From the NCBI GenBank assembly GCA_052389415.1, contig JBQTHX010000030.1, forward strand, positions 1 to 64,000: 64,000 bases of DNA. The letters run 5' to 3'. This document shows, in pieces, positions 39,716-49,185 of this stretch. The stretch comes from Nitrosopumilaceae archaeon. GTDB taxonomy: Archaea > Thermoproteota > Nitrososphaeria > Nitrososphaerales > Nitrosopumilaceae. Positions within the stretch are counted from its first letter, which is position 1. Every line of letters starts with the position of its first letter. The position numbers and the translations under genes were made by a program. The notes beneath the pieces are model-generated. The model searched no databases. It worked only from the letters and a program-made list of their open reading frames with translations, and was not told the DNA's origin.

Positions 39716-40399
39716 ATGAATAACAAAGCAAAGGCTGGAATAATTATTTTGATCTCTGCAGCAGTCGCAGGCTTAGTTTATCCGGTGTTGATAGGATTAC
39801 CGGGACAAGATGAAAATGTAATTCCAAGGGAGGCAAGTAAATGGCATGTCGGTAAGGGTTCAGAATACGGTCCTATTATGGTTTATGATATCACAACAAA
39901 GGAAGGAAACAATTTTTCAACTAAAATTGAATTTTTCAATGACGCATCAAAGAAACAAATGATCTTTGTAGAAATTAATGATATTTCAACTGGGAAAAAA
40001 ATCGAACAAAATACTTCTCTTAGCAGCGCTTACACTTTTGGTGAGGTATCAAACGAGGCTACTCCATACTTTCGAGATCTTGACAAGACAATATTTTCTT
40101 TCAGAGACATTGCCCTTGATGAAAAATATCTTATCAAAAAAGCAGTCTGGGATACTGTTTTCATTGGCGCATCAACTATAGAACTCACTGTTACGGAACA
40201 CGAGAAGACTACATTTAGATTTGGTTCTGTCGATGCCTTCATACTATCCTATACGATAGGAAATAATGAAAATAAATTCTGGATTGTTGATAATCTACCT
40301 CTACCGGTAAAAGCAGAAGTATATGATATAGAAAGCAACTTGGAATATTCCTATGAACTTACTTCTCTTTCCGCACCACTCACACCTGGATTTAGCTGA
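39716..40399 (+). CDS. Membrane-anchored protein paralogous to the N-terminal domain of the upstream gene
   Basis: N-terminal TM; WHVGKG...NKFWIVDNLPLPVKA...YSYEL matches WYAGEG...NKIWVKDDFPFPIKA...FQFEL. Confidence 0.75.
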   Translation: MNNKAKAGIIILISAAVAGLVYPVLIGLPGQDENVIPREASKWHVGKGSEYGPIMVYDITTKEGNNFSTKIEFFNDASKKQMIFVEINDISTGKKIEQNTSLSSAYTFGEVSNEATPYFRDLDKTIFSFRDIALDEKYLIKKAVWDTVFIGASTIELTVTEHEKTTFRFGSVDAFILSYTIGNNENKFWIVDNLPLPVKAEVYDIESNLEYSYELTSLSAPLTPGFS

Positions 40400-40857
40400 T
40401 AACAATTAATCAAAAGCCAATCACAAAACTCTGTAACTTTACTATCAAATTTGCACCATATATGCAAAGAATGAGGTAGAATGTCTATCCTTCCAGAATC
40501 CAAAAAGACCTTCACTCCCTCTTTTCCTTCATACATATAAGCGTCTTCGACTTTTACGTCACCAAAAAACTCCCTTGCTTTTGATTTTATTATTTCCCTT
40601 TCAATTGGGAACACTTTTCGTGTCATATCTATGATCATACTAATATCCTGAGTTCCATACGATTCATAGTCTTCAATTTTACCAATTTTTGGAAAGTTTA
40701 GAATTAACGAGAGTTTGTATTTTTTTCCAATCTTTGTAGCAATTTCATTCATCGTTGTAAAAGCAATTGCTGGTGATTTCATAAGTAAAAATCTAATTTG
40801 TGCCAGGTTTGATTTTAGTTCTCTTTGCACTTCTTTTACGATCACATCAAAGATCAT
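40351..40857 (-). CDS. Hypothetical protein
   Basis: 168-aa ORF with DAYMYEGKEG, GRIDILPHSLHIW. Confidence 0.72.
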   Translation of the reverse strand: MIFDVIVKEVQRELKSNLAQIRFLLMKSPAIAFTTMNEIATKIGKKYKLSLILNFPKIGKIEDYESYGTQDISMIIDMTRKVFPIEREIIKSKAREFFGDVKVEDAYMYEGKEGVKVFLDSGRIDILPHSLHIWCKFDSKVTEFCDWLLINCYQLNPGVSGAEREVSS

Positions 40858-40927
40858 TGTCTTAAATTAGAATTTTATAATATATCTATTAGGTTATCTT
40901 TTTTACTAACTGACAAATAATTAGCCT

Positions 40928-41572
40928 GTGCTTCCTCTTGACAATAACGGTGTCCCGTACGACGAGAGCTCAGAAAGAACCGATAATGTAGATGACTATA
41001 AAATTACATGCATGCAATTCATAAAAGACATTAGTAATGACTATCTAGCTTGGGTAGATTATTATGAACTTCCTTCAGATGAAGATAAAAGACGTCGTGA
41101 AAGAATTTTTGCAATAGTAGAAAGAACAAACAATTGGATTGCTAAAGTTGCTACTACGATAAAAGGAGTTGATGTAGTAATGAATGATGGAATACAAAAG
41201 ATGGCCGAAAGTACTGCTGGTTATCCATTTCAAATTGGTGTCTTTGTAAATAGTAATTCCGGATATGCCATGGCAAAACCACAAATGATTGAAATAAATG
41301 TAAAATCCGTAGGTCGAGAAGGACGCAAGGTGAAACTTGGTTGGCATCAAAAGGACAATCGTTTTCTGATTAACACGACAGGAAAAGATGTTAAAATAGA
41401 TGAATCACCCCTTTCTGACATTGAATTTGATTTTCTTGACCTTACTCTCCAAATGAATGCTCTTGGATGTCAACCACGTGATTTGATATCTTTTACACTA
41501 ATAGTCTCGGAAACCATGGAAGGGCAAGAAGTTGAAAGACGTGGCATGACAACAATTATTCACTTAACTTAA
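40928..41572 (+). CDS. Hypothetical protein
   Basis: 214-aa ORF; no recognisable motif. Confidence 0.7.
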   Translation: MLPLDNNGVPYDESSERTDNVDDYKITCMQFIKDISNDYLAWVDYYELPSDEDKRRRERIFAIVERTNNWIAKVATTIKGVDVVMNDGIQKMAESTAGYPFQIGVFVNSNSGYAMAKPQMIEINVKSVGREGRKVKLGWHQKDNRFLINTTGKDVKIDESPLSDIEFDFLDLTLQMNALGCQPRDLISFTLIVSETMEGQEVERRGMTTIIHLT

Positions 41573-41879
41573 CCTGCAGTACAATCCTAGATTCATCTGC
41601 TCTTTTATCGGAGTATTTTAAACTAGATATTTTTTGTACAATGTTTTCGTCACAGACAATCGATGCTTTTCCAGTATTTCTTTTATTATTGTGTTCGATT
41701 ATTACATCAGGATCCGAAATAGCATTTTTCAACCAATCGCTATTTGGATTTCTTCGCGAAAAATAAATCATTTTGTTGTAAAATACTGCTCTCAACTCAA
41801 CTGCGTGTGGTTTCCCAGTCTTTCTTCCTTTTGTTATTAATATTGCCTTGAAAACTTGGTCTTCATGACTCATGACCAT
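41556..41879 (-). CDS. F420H2-dependent reductase (Ddn/nitroreductase-like split barrel); start probably 41879 or 41873
   Basis: ITKGRKTGKPH...SDWLKN...PDV motifs. Confidence 0.75.
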   Translation of the reverse strand: MVMSHEDQVFKAILITKGRKTGKPHAVELRAVFYNKMIYFSRRNPNSDWLKNAISDPDVIIEHNNKRNTGKASIVCDENIVQKISSLKYSDKRADESRIVLQVKLSE

Positions 41880-41961
41880 TTCTGTTGTTTTAAATAATTT
41901 AACCCCTTGGATTGAAAACACTGATACCTTATTCCATAAACCAAAAGCTAAATTCGGATAT

Positions 41962-42405
41962 ATGGCAACAAGACTTAAAGAAGTCAAAAACTTGATTTCG
42001 GCTGACGAGTTTTCTGGAAAAACTGTGATCGATAGAGAGGGGATTCAATACGGAAGACTAAAACACATACATATAAACCAGAACACTCTCGAAGTAACAG
42101 GAATAACTGTTAGTGCAGGATTTCATAAAGACTATGATCTGTCAAGAGATTATATTGACAGATTCACCGATGAGTCAGTTCTACTTTCTACTCCACCAAT
42201 AAGATGTGATATTCCTGTGGTGGATATTGATGGAAAAAAAATTGGTAAAGTAAAGAAATTGCATCATGATCCTGATACAAACGAGCTATTATCAATCGAA
42301 GTCACTGAAGGACTCTTTGGCAAACAAATGTTTCCCAAAAGCGAGATTTGGGGAATAGGTGAAAAAGTTATTTTACGACTCACGAAAGAAGAGTACAAAG
42401 AGTAA
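41962..42405 (+). CDS. Tandem PRC-barrel domain protein (start probably 41962)
   Basis: GKTVIDREGIQYGRL and PVVDIDGKKIGKV repeats. Confidence 0.8.
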   Translation: MATRLKEVKNLISADEFSGKTVIDREGIQYGRLKHIHINQNTLEVTGITVSAGFHKDYDLSRDYIDRFTDESVLLSTPPIRCDIPVVDIDGKKIGKVKKLHHDPDTNELLSIEVTEGLFGKQMFPKSEIWGIGEKVILRLTKEEYKE

Positions 42406-42458
42406 ATTCATTTTTTATTCTGTTAACAATTAATAATACAAAAAATTCTCTTTTCTCA

Positions 42459-43460
42459 ATGTATGCGATAGAAACTAATTCTCTTTCTAAGACTTATGAT
42501 AGTGGACTTAAAGCAGTGGATGACATTTCTATTAAAGTAGATAGCGGAGAAATTTTCGGTTTTTTGGGTCCAAACGGAGCAGGAAAAAGCACAACTATAA
42601 TGATCTTGACAACATTACTCAAACCCACCTCAGGAATTGCGCAAGTTGCTGGTTTTGATGTAGTATTACACGCAAAAAAAGTGAGAGAACTGATTGGCTA
42701 TGTACAACAGGATTCTACAGTTGACGAATATCTTACTGGTAGAGAAAATCTTGAGATGCAAGCTAGACTAAATCATATTCAAAAGGATCTCATAAAAAAT
42801 AGAATAAATGAAATTCTTGATCTTGTAGAATTATCAGATCGACAACATGACTCAGTAAATACCTATTCTGGTGGTATGAGAAAAAGACTTGACATTGCTG
42901 GTGGATTATTGCACAGGCCCAAAGTTCTCTTTTTAGATGAACCAACGTTAGGATTAGACATACAAACAAGATACAAAATTTGGGAATATATCAAAAAGAT
43001 TCACAAAGAATACGAGATGTCTATATTTCTTACAACTCATTATATGGAAGAAGCAGACAGGCTTTGCGATAATATATCTATAGTAGACCATGGAAAAATC
43101 AAAGTCACTAATTCACCCGTTTCTCTGAAAAACGCGCTTGGTAATGATGTCATCGTATTTGAGGTGGATTCTATTGACAAATTACAAAATCTAATCTCTG
43201 AGGTTCAGGGATTCCAACTAATAAAGAACATAAATACAAATGGAAAAGAACTAACTATTTTTTCTACAAATGGTAATCAAGTAATGCCTAAAATATTCGA
43301 GATCTCTTCGAGAATTGGAATAAAGATAGAATCAATCTCTCTTACAAAACCAACGCTTGACGACGTCTTTCTTTCATATACTGGTAGAGAACTTCGCGAC
43401 GAAAATGGAAGCTACAATAGGAAAAAAGAACGTGAAAAAATGAGAAGGCTTAGAGCATGA
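42459..43460 (+). CDS. ABC transporter ATP-binding protein (DrrA-like)
   Basis: GPNGAGKST, YSGGMRKRL, FLDEPT, TTHYMEEA. Confidence 0.93.
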   Translation: MYAIETNSLSKTYDSGLKAVDDISIKVDSGEIFGFLGPNGAGKSTTIMILTTLLKPTSGIAQVAGFDVVLHAKKVRELIGYVQQDSTVDEYLTGRENLEMQARLNHIQKDLIKNRINEILDLVELSDRQHDSVNTYSGGMRKRLDIAGGLLHRPKVLFLDEPTLGLDIQTRYKIWEYIKKIHKEYEMSIFLTTHYMEEADRLCDNISIVDHGKIKVTNSPVSLKNALGNDVIVFEVDSIDKLQNLISEVQGFQLIKNINTNGKELTIFSTNGNQVMPKIFEISSRIGIKIESISLTKPTLDDVFLSYTGRELRDENGSYNRKKEREKMRRLRA

Positions 43461-44233
43461 TTGCAGCAGATACATACACAATTTTTTGGAGGGAGATGAA
43501 AAGATACAGAAAGTCACGAAGTGGAGTTTTAATTAGACTTATCCAACCTGCAATTTGGATAATAGTTATTGGAAATACTTTTGCAGGTACACAACCGCTG
43601 ATAAAATCCGTAGGTTATGATCTATCATATATCGAATTTATGACACCAGGTGTCATAATTCTTACTGCAATTTTCACCAGCATATTTGGTGGTGTAAATA
43701 CTCTTTGGGATAGAAGATATGGGTTCATGAACAAAGCTTTGACATCACCGATTTCTAGATCGTCAATAGCACTTGGTAAGATGTTGGCAATTTCCTTGAT
43801 TTCAACATTACAGGCAAGCCTGATCCTAGGAATTGCGCTTGCAATTGGGGTAAGTTTTGTTAATCCATTGATGATTATTCCAATAATGATGATTGTAATC
43901 CTTTTTTCACTTGGCTTTTCTGGAATTTCAGTTGTGATAGCAGCTACGGCAAAATCGCAGGAAACATTTTGGGGAATAGTTAATTTTCTTGGCATGCCAC
44001 TTTTTATGCTCAGTCCTGCACTTTTTCCACTAGAGCTTGTTCCAGAATGGTTGGCAATAGCTGCAAAATTAAATCCAGTTACATATTCTGTATTGTTGAT
44101 TAGAGGCATGATGACTGGCATCACCCAATCGGTATCGGTGGCTGTAGAACTTGGCATAATCTCTGGTTTTGTAATTGTAATGGTAGCCTTGGCAAGCTAT
44201 GTATTTACAAGAGAAGTCAACAAACCCTTCTAA
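43457..44233 (+). CDS. ABC-2 type permease (DrrB-like)
   Basis: Six TM helices, NPVTY; ATGA overlap with the ATPase gene. Confidence 0.92.
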   Translation: MIAADTYTIFWREMKRYRKSRSGVLIRLIQPAIWIIVIGNTFAGTQPLIKSVGYDLSYIEFMTPGVIILTAIFTSIFGGVNTLWDRRYGFMNKALTSPISRSSIALGKMLAISLISTLQASLILGIALAIGVSFVNPLMIIPIMMIVILFSLGFSGISVVIAATAKSQETFWGIVNFLGMPLFMLSPALFPLELVPEWLAIAAKLNPVTYSVLLIRGMMTGITQSVSVAVELGIISGFVIVMVALASYVFTREVNKPF

Positions 44234-44309
44234 ACCAACCAAAAATTGACAAAAACCCAAACAATTCCTAACTCCTGAGATCTTTTTGGTATTTTGGAAT
44301 CAATGTTAG

Positions 44310-47300
44310 TTGAGTAGGATTTCATTGATTGTATTTGAGGCCATAATTTGCCTAGGATTCAGTATGATTGTACAAAATGTCACGGCTGAAACGGCTCCTT
44401 CTTATGAAAAACAGTGGGGTTCAGAAGGATTGCAGAAAACCGGTCTTTTTGCATTTCCACAGGATCTGGCAGTGGATTCTGCAGATAATATTTACGTAAC
44501 TGATTATGGAAACAGAAGAATACAAAAGTTTGATAACGATGGTAACTTTTTACAGACTTGGGGAGTAAAGGGATCAGGAAACGGACAGTTTCAGGTACCC
44601 TCTGGAATTGCGATAGGAAATGATTTTGTTTATGTTGTTGACAATGAGCTGAATCGAGTTCAAAAATTTGATACATCTGGAAAATACATAACACAATGGG
44701 GTAGTAAGGGCTCCAAATCTGGTCAATTCCTATTACCGCAAAACATAGCAGCTGATGCCAACGGCAATGTGTATGTTGCGGACACTGGAAACAGCAGAAT
44801 ACAAAAATTTTCAGCGGATGGGAAATTTTTACTTTCATTGGGAAGTAGTGGAGTTGAAAACGGGAAATTTCTTAATCCACGTGGGGTAGCTACAGATTCA
44901 CAAGGGAACATATACGTTGCTGACTCTGGTAATAATAGAATACAGAAATTTACATCTGATGGAGTTTTCATCAAAAATTTTGATGAATCATCTGGTAACA
45001 GCTTAAGATATCCACAGGGATTAGATGTCGATTCTTCTGGTAATATCTATGTGGTGGACACTGGAAATAATAGAATTGTAAAAATCGATAGAAATGGGGA
45101 TTCTATTGTATCATGGGGAAGTCAAGGAAAAACCAATGGGAACTTTAACAATCCCAAAGATGTTGTTATCGATTCAACTGGAAATGTGTTTGTTGTAGAT
45201 AGCAGCAATCATAGAATTCAGAAATTTTCTAAAACCATGCATCAGGAAAGTCAAACTTCATTAGATCAGGCGCCGCCAGTCAAATTATCGCCTTTACGAA
45301 ACGATAGGACAAATCCAGTTATCACTTCTCCATCTGATATTAAGGTCGAAGCAAATGGAATTTTAAGCTCTGTTTCTATAGGACAAGCAACAGCAACTGA
45401 TTCTAGTGGAATAGCATCACTTGTAAACAATGCTCCAGAAAAATTCCCTCTTGGTTCCACTGTTGTAACTTGGACAGCAACTGATGCGTCTGGAAATATT
45501 GCCAAAGCAACGCAAACTGTGACTGTAATTGATACTACTTCGCCCGTTATAGCTGCTCCACCTTCTGTCATTATTGAAGCAACTAATCCAGACAGTAATT
45601 TTGTAGATCTAGGGCTTCCATCTACATCAGACACTGTTGGTGTTGCACTAGTCAAAAATGACGCTCCATCAGTCTTTAAAATTGGAGACACCATAGTAAC
45701 TTGGACAGCAACTGATGCAGCTGGTAATAGTGCAAGTTCTAAACAAGTTATCACAGTGCAAGATACTACCAGACCAAAGATAGATGCACCAAATGATATT
45801 AGTTTAGAAGCAACAAGTATTTCTGATAACAATGTAATTTTGGGAGATGCTACTGTAACTGATAATGGTGAAATTCAATCCATCACAAATGACGCTCCTA
45901 CCACATTCCCAATTGGTACTACCATAGTTACCTGGACATCTACTGACGCATCTGGAAATGTCGCAACAGATACGCAAAACGTCGAAATTATTGATACTAC
46001 TGCACCAACCATAACTTCGCCAGATGATGTTGTCTTTGAAGCAGTTTCACCTATAGATAACGAAGTATCTATAGGACAAGCAATTGCAGTTGATATACAG
46101 CCTGTAACAATTACAAACGACGCACCATCTACTTTCCCACTTGGTGAAACAATCGTAACTTGGACTGCCACAGATCCTGAAGGTAATTGGTCTACTGCAT
46201 CACAAAAAATAATTGTAGTCGATACTACTTCACCAACTCTTGTTTTGCCACCAGATGTTACTTCAGAGGCTTTAAGTTCTGATCATAATATTGTTTCAAT
46301 AGGAGAGGCATCTGCACAAGATGTCATTGGAATTTCATCTATCATAAATAACTCGCCTCCAGACTTTCCTTTTGGTAAGTCTATTGTGACATGGATTGCA
46401 ACAGATACTTCTGGAAATTCAATTTCTGCAAATCAAACAATAACAATAGTTGATACAATTGCACCAGATCTCAAACCTCCACAGGATGTTATTGCAGAGG
46501 CAACAGATCCAACGTCTAATATAGTACCGATAGGGGATGCTACGGTATCGGATATTATAGCTATAGGTTCTGTTACAAACGATGCCCCCGATTCATTCCC
46601 AATAGGTCTAACCACAGTAACTTGGACTGCTACTGATACTTCAGGAAATACTGCTAGTTCTACCCAATCAGTTACGGTGCAGGATACAACAAATCCAATT
46701 ATTACGACACCAGAAGATATTATCACAGAAGCAAATAATCCATCAAATAATACAATTTTCATTGGAGAAGCAAGTGCTACTGATGCCATAGGAATATCTT
46801 CAATTACAAACGACGCACCATCTACTTTCCCACTTGGTGAAACTATCGTAACTTGGACTGCTGTAGATAATTATGGTAATTTTGCTAGCGCAATACAAAA
46901 AATAACAGTGATTGATACTACTGCCCCCACCATAACTCCACCAGATGATGTTGTCTTTGAAGCAGTGTCACAAACAGAAAATATTGTTTCTATTGGAATG
47001 GCCAATGCAATTGATCTGATTGATCCCAATCCTGTAATTACAAACGACGCATCATCAACATTCCCACTTGGTGAAACTATCGTAACTTGGACTGCTATGG
47101 ATATTGCTGGTAATAGTGTAACAACAACACAAAAAATTTCGGTAGTAGATACTACAAATCCAACCATAGTCAGCCCAGATGATATTGAAGCAGAAGCAAC
47201 TTCTGCAACTGAGAATACACTAACATTAGGTCAAGCAACGGCTGCAGATTTTGTAGGAATTAAAACAATTACAAACGACGCACCATCTACTTTCCCACTT

Positions 47301-49130
47301 GGTGAAACAATTGTAACTTGGACTGCTATGGATACAAGTGATCATGTTGCCACTGCAATACAAAAAGTGACAATAAAAGACACAACACCACCAATTCTAA
47401 TAGCTCCTGATGATATTACTACTGAGGCCACCAATGAATCATCAAACGTTGTAAATATGGGTGAAGCCAAAGCATCAGATCTGGTTGGAATTCAATCAAT
47501 TACAAACGATGCCCCAGATGCATTTCCGCTTGGCTTGACAACTGTTACATGGACAGCAACTGATCTCTCAGGACTTTCATATTCTGCTATTCAAAAAATT
47601 ACTGTTGTTGATACTATTGCTCCAACATTAACAATTCCTTCTGACATTGTAGTAGAAGCAGCATCTGCAACAAACAACTCTGTTGAATTAGGGGAAGCAA
47701 CTGCAAATGATTTACTAAAAATCTCATCCATAACAAATGATGCACCATCAACATTCCCACTTGGTGAAACAATCGTAACTTGGACTGCTACGGATCAATC
47801 AGGCAATTCTGCAACTGCTATACAAAAAGTGAGTGTGGTAGATACAACTGCGCCTTCAATAACAACACCCATAGACATAACAATAGAAGCATCATCACCA
47901 GACAACAATTTCATATCTATTGGTGATGCAAAAGCTGATGATAATGTCGGAGTGACCACAATTTCAAGCGATGCTCCAAATGTATTTGCTGTAGGTAAAA
48001 CCATTGTAACATGGACAGCAGCTGACGGCGCTGGTAATATATCCAAAGCAACGCAAACTGTGACTGTCATTGATACCACAAAACCATCCATTTTGTCACC
48101 AGAAGATCTTGTCATTGAAGCAGTAGATCCAATTCAAAACGTTGTGTCTCTAGATAATGCCACTGCATCAGATGCTGTTGGTGTAGTTTCTATCTCAAAC
48201 GATGCCCCAGACACATTTGCCTTTGGTAAGACGGTAGTAACTTGGACGGCAACTGACGCAGCCGGGAATTCAGCAAGTGATACGCAAACAATCACTGTAG
48301 TTGATACAACTTCTCCAAAAGTAAATGCCCCTGAAGATGTTAAAGCAGAGGCTTCATCACTATCAAATAATGTGTTATCTATTGGTACCGCAACAGCAAA
48401 GGACATTATGGGAATATCTGCAATTACCAATGACGCTCCAGACTCTTTCCCATTTGGTGAAACAGTTGTGACCTGGACTGCGACTGACACATCTGGCAAT
48501 TCTGCAACTGCTACACAGAAAGTAATAATAACAGACACAACTGGACCAAAACTTACAGCTCCAGACAATGTTGTAGCAGACGCAACTTCTGTAGAAACGA
48601 CTGTCTCAATTGGAGATGCACTTGCGATAGATATCATTGATCCCAATCCTGTAATTACAAACAACGCACCATCAACATTCCCACTTGGTGAAACTATCGT
48701 AACTTGGACTGCTACCGATCAGTTTGGCAATTCTGAAATTACTACACAGATAATCAATGTTCAAGCATGTGGCAGGATAGCATCATCATATAATTTGATA
48801 ATTGGTGGACAAAATGGAGATATATTATCAGGAACAAATCTAGCGGATTTGATATTTGGACTAGCAGGTGCTGATATCGTTACTGGAGAAGAAGGTGATG
48901 ATTGCATTCTTGCAGGTGACGGAGATGACATTGTGTTTGGTAATGATGGTGATGATACGGTTTCTGGTGATAATGGAAATGATATAATCAGAGGTGGATC
49001 TGGAGAAGATAAGTTAAACGGCAATTCTGGATTTGACATTATAGATGGTGGTGACGACCATGATTCCTGTAACACGATAGAGAATACAAGCGATGACATA
49101 GTAACAAAATGTGAATCAGGTAACCTTTGA
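44310..49130 (+). CDS. Giant secreted protein: NHL beta-propeller + 15 HYR/Ig-like repeats + C-terminal RTX-like Ca-binding repeats
   Basis: Signal-like N-terminus; six P.(G/D)(I/L/V)AVD...YV.D..N.RIQKF units; 15 copies of FP.G.T.VTWTATD..GN; C-terminal GGxGxDxL-like nonapeptides. Confidence 0.9.
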   Translation: MSRISLIVFEAIICLGFSMIVQNVTAETAPSYEKQWGSEGLQKTGLFAFPQDLAVDSADNIYVTDYGNRRIQKFDNDGNFLQTWGVKGSGNGQFQVPSGIAIGNDFVYVVDNELNRVQKFDTSGKYITQWGSKGSKSGQFLLPQNIAADANGNVYVADTGNSRIQKFSADGKFLLSLGSSGVENGKFLNPRGVATDSQGNIYVADSGNNRIQKFTSDGVFIKNFDESSGNSLRYPQGLDVDSSGNIYVVDTGNNRIVKIDRNGDSIVSWGSQGKTNGNFNNPKDVVIDSTGNVFVVDSSNHRIQKFSKTMHQESQTSLDQAPPVKLSPLRNDRTNPVITSPSDIKVEANGILSSVSIGQATATDSSGIASLVNNAPEKFPLGSTVVTWTATDASGNIAKATQTVTVIDTTSPVIAAPPSVIIEATNPDSNFVDLGLPSTSDTVGVALVKNDAPSVFKIGDTIVTWTATDAAGNSASSKQVITVQDTTRPKIDAPNDISLEATSISDNNVILGDATVTDNGEIQSITNDAPTTFPIGTTIVTWTSTDASGNVATDTQNVEIIDTTAPTITSPDDVVFEAVSPIDNEVSIGQAIAVDIQPVTITNDAPSTFPLGETIVTWTATDPEGNWSTASQKIIVVDTTSPTLVLPPDVTSEALSSDHNIVSIGEASAQDVIGISSIINNSPPDFPFGKSIVTWIATDTSGNSISANQTITIVDTIAPDLKPPQDVIAEATDPTSNIVPIGDATVSDIIAIGSVTNDAPDSFPIGLTTVTWTATDTSGNTASSTQSVTVQDTTNPIITTPEDIITEANNPSNNTIFIGEASATDAIGISSITNDAPSTFPLGETIVTWTAVDNYGNFASAIQKITVIDTTAPTITPPDDVVFEAVSQTENIVSIGMANAIDLIDPNPVITNDASSTFPLGETIVTWTAMDIAGNSVTTTQKISVVDTTNPTIVSPDDIEAEATSATENTLTLGQATAADFVGIKTITNDAPSTFPLGETIVTWTAMDTSDHVATAIQKVTIKDTTPPILIAPDDITTEATNESSNVVNMGEAKASDLVGIQSITNDAPDAFPLGLTTVTWTATDLSGLSYSAIQKITVVDTIAPTLTIPSDIVVEAASATNNSVELGEATANDLLKISSITNDAPSTFPLGETIVTWTATDQSGNSATAIQKVSVVDTTAPSITTPIDITIEASSPDNNFISIGDAKADDNVGVTTISSDAPNVFAVGKTIVTWTAADGAGNISKATQTVTVIDTTKPSILSPEDLVIEAVDPIQNVVSLDNATASDAVGVVSISNDAPDTFAFGKTVVTWTATDAAGNSASDTQTITVVDTTSPKVNAPEDVKAEASSLSNNVLSIGTATAKDIMGISAITNDAPDSFPFGETVVTWTATDTSGNSATATQKVIITDTTGPKLTAPDNVVADATSVETTVSIGDALAIDIIDPNPVITNNAPSTFPLGETIVTWTATDQFGNSEITTQIINVQACGRIASSYNLIIGGQNGDILSGTNLADLIFGLAGADIVTGEEGDDCILAGDGDDIVFGNDGDDTVSGDNGNDIIRGGSGEDKLNGNSGFDIIDGGDDHDSCNTIENTSDDIVTKCESGNL
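45300..48760 (+). repeat. Tandem ~230-bp HYR-coding repeats (15 units), several sharing near-identical ~60-bp cores
   Basis: ATTACAAACGACGCACCATCTACTTTCCCACTTGGTGAAAC(A/T)ATCGTAACTTGGACTGC recurs near 46110, 46803 and 47268, with variants near 47037, 47735 and 48655. Confidence 0.85.
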
Positions 49131-49185
49131 TCCAAAAAGTTATTCCGATCTGATTATAATATTCTAGCATAGATTATAATAATAT

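Noticed and set aside
41872-41987. Apparent head-to-head overlap of the reductase and PRC-barrel ORFs
   Set aside because: Disappears with the more plausible starts at 41879/41873 (-) and 41962 (+).
45300-48760. Regularly spaced DNA repeats as a possible CRISPR array or DGR template
   Set aside because: Period is ~230 bp, in-frame and protein-coding; no unique spacers, cas genes or reverse transcriptase.
45266-49135. Many 98-188-aa minus-strand ORFs with repeated VAVQVT motifs
   Set aside because: Antisense shadows of the HYR/RTX repeats of the 1606-aa gene.
49152-49181. GATTATAATA duplicated upstream of hemL
   Set aside because: Probably just TATA-like AT-rich promoter sequence; no further support.
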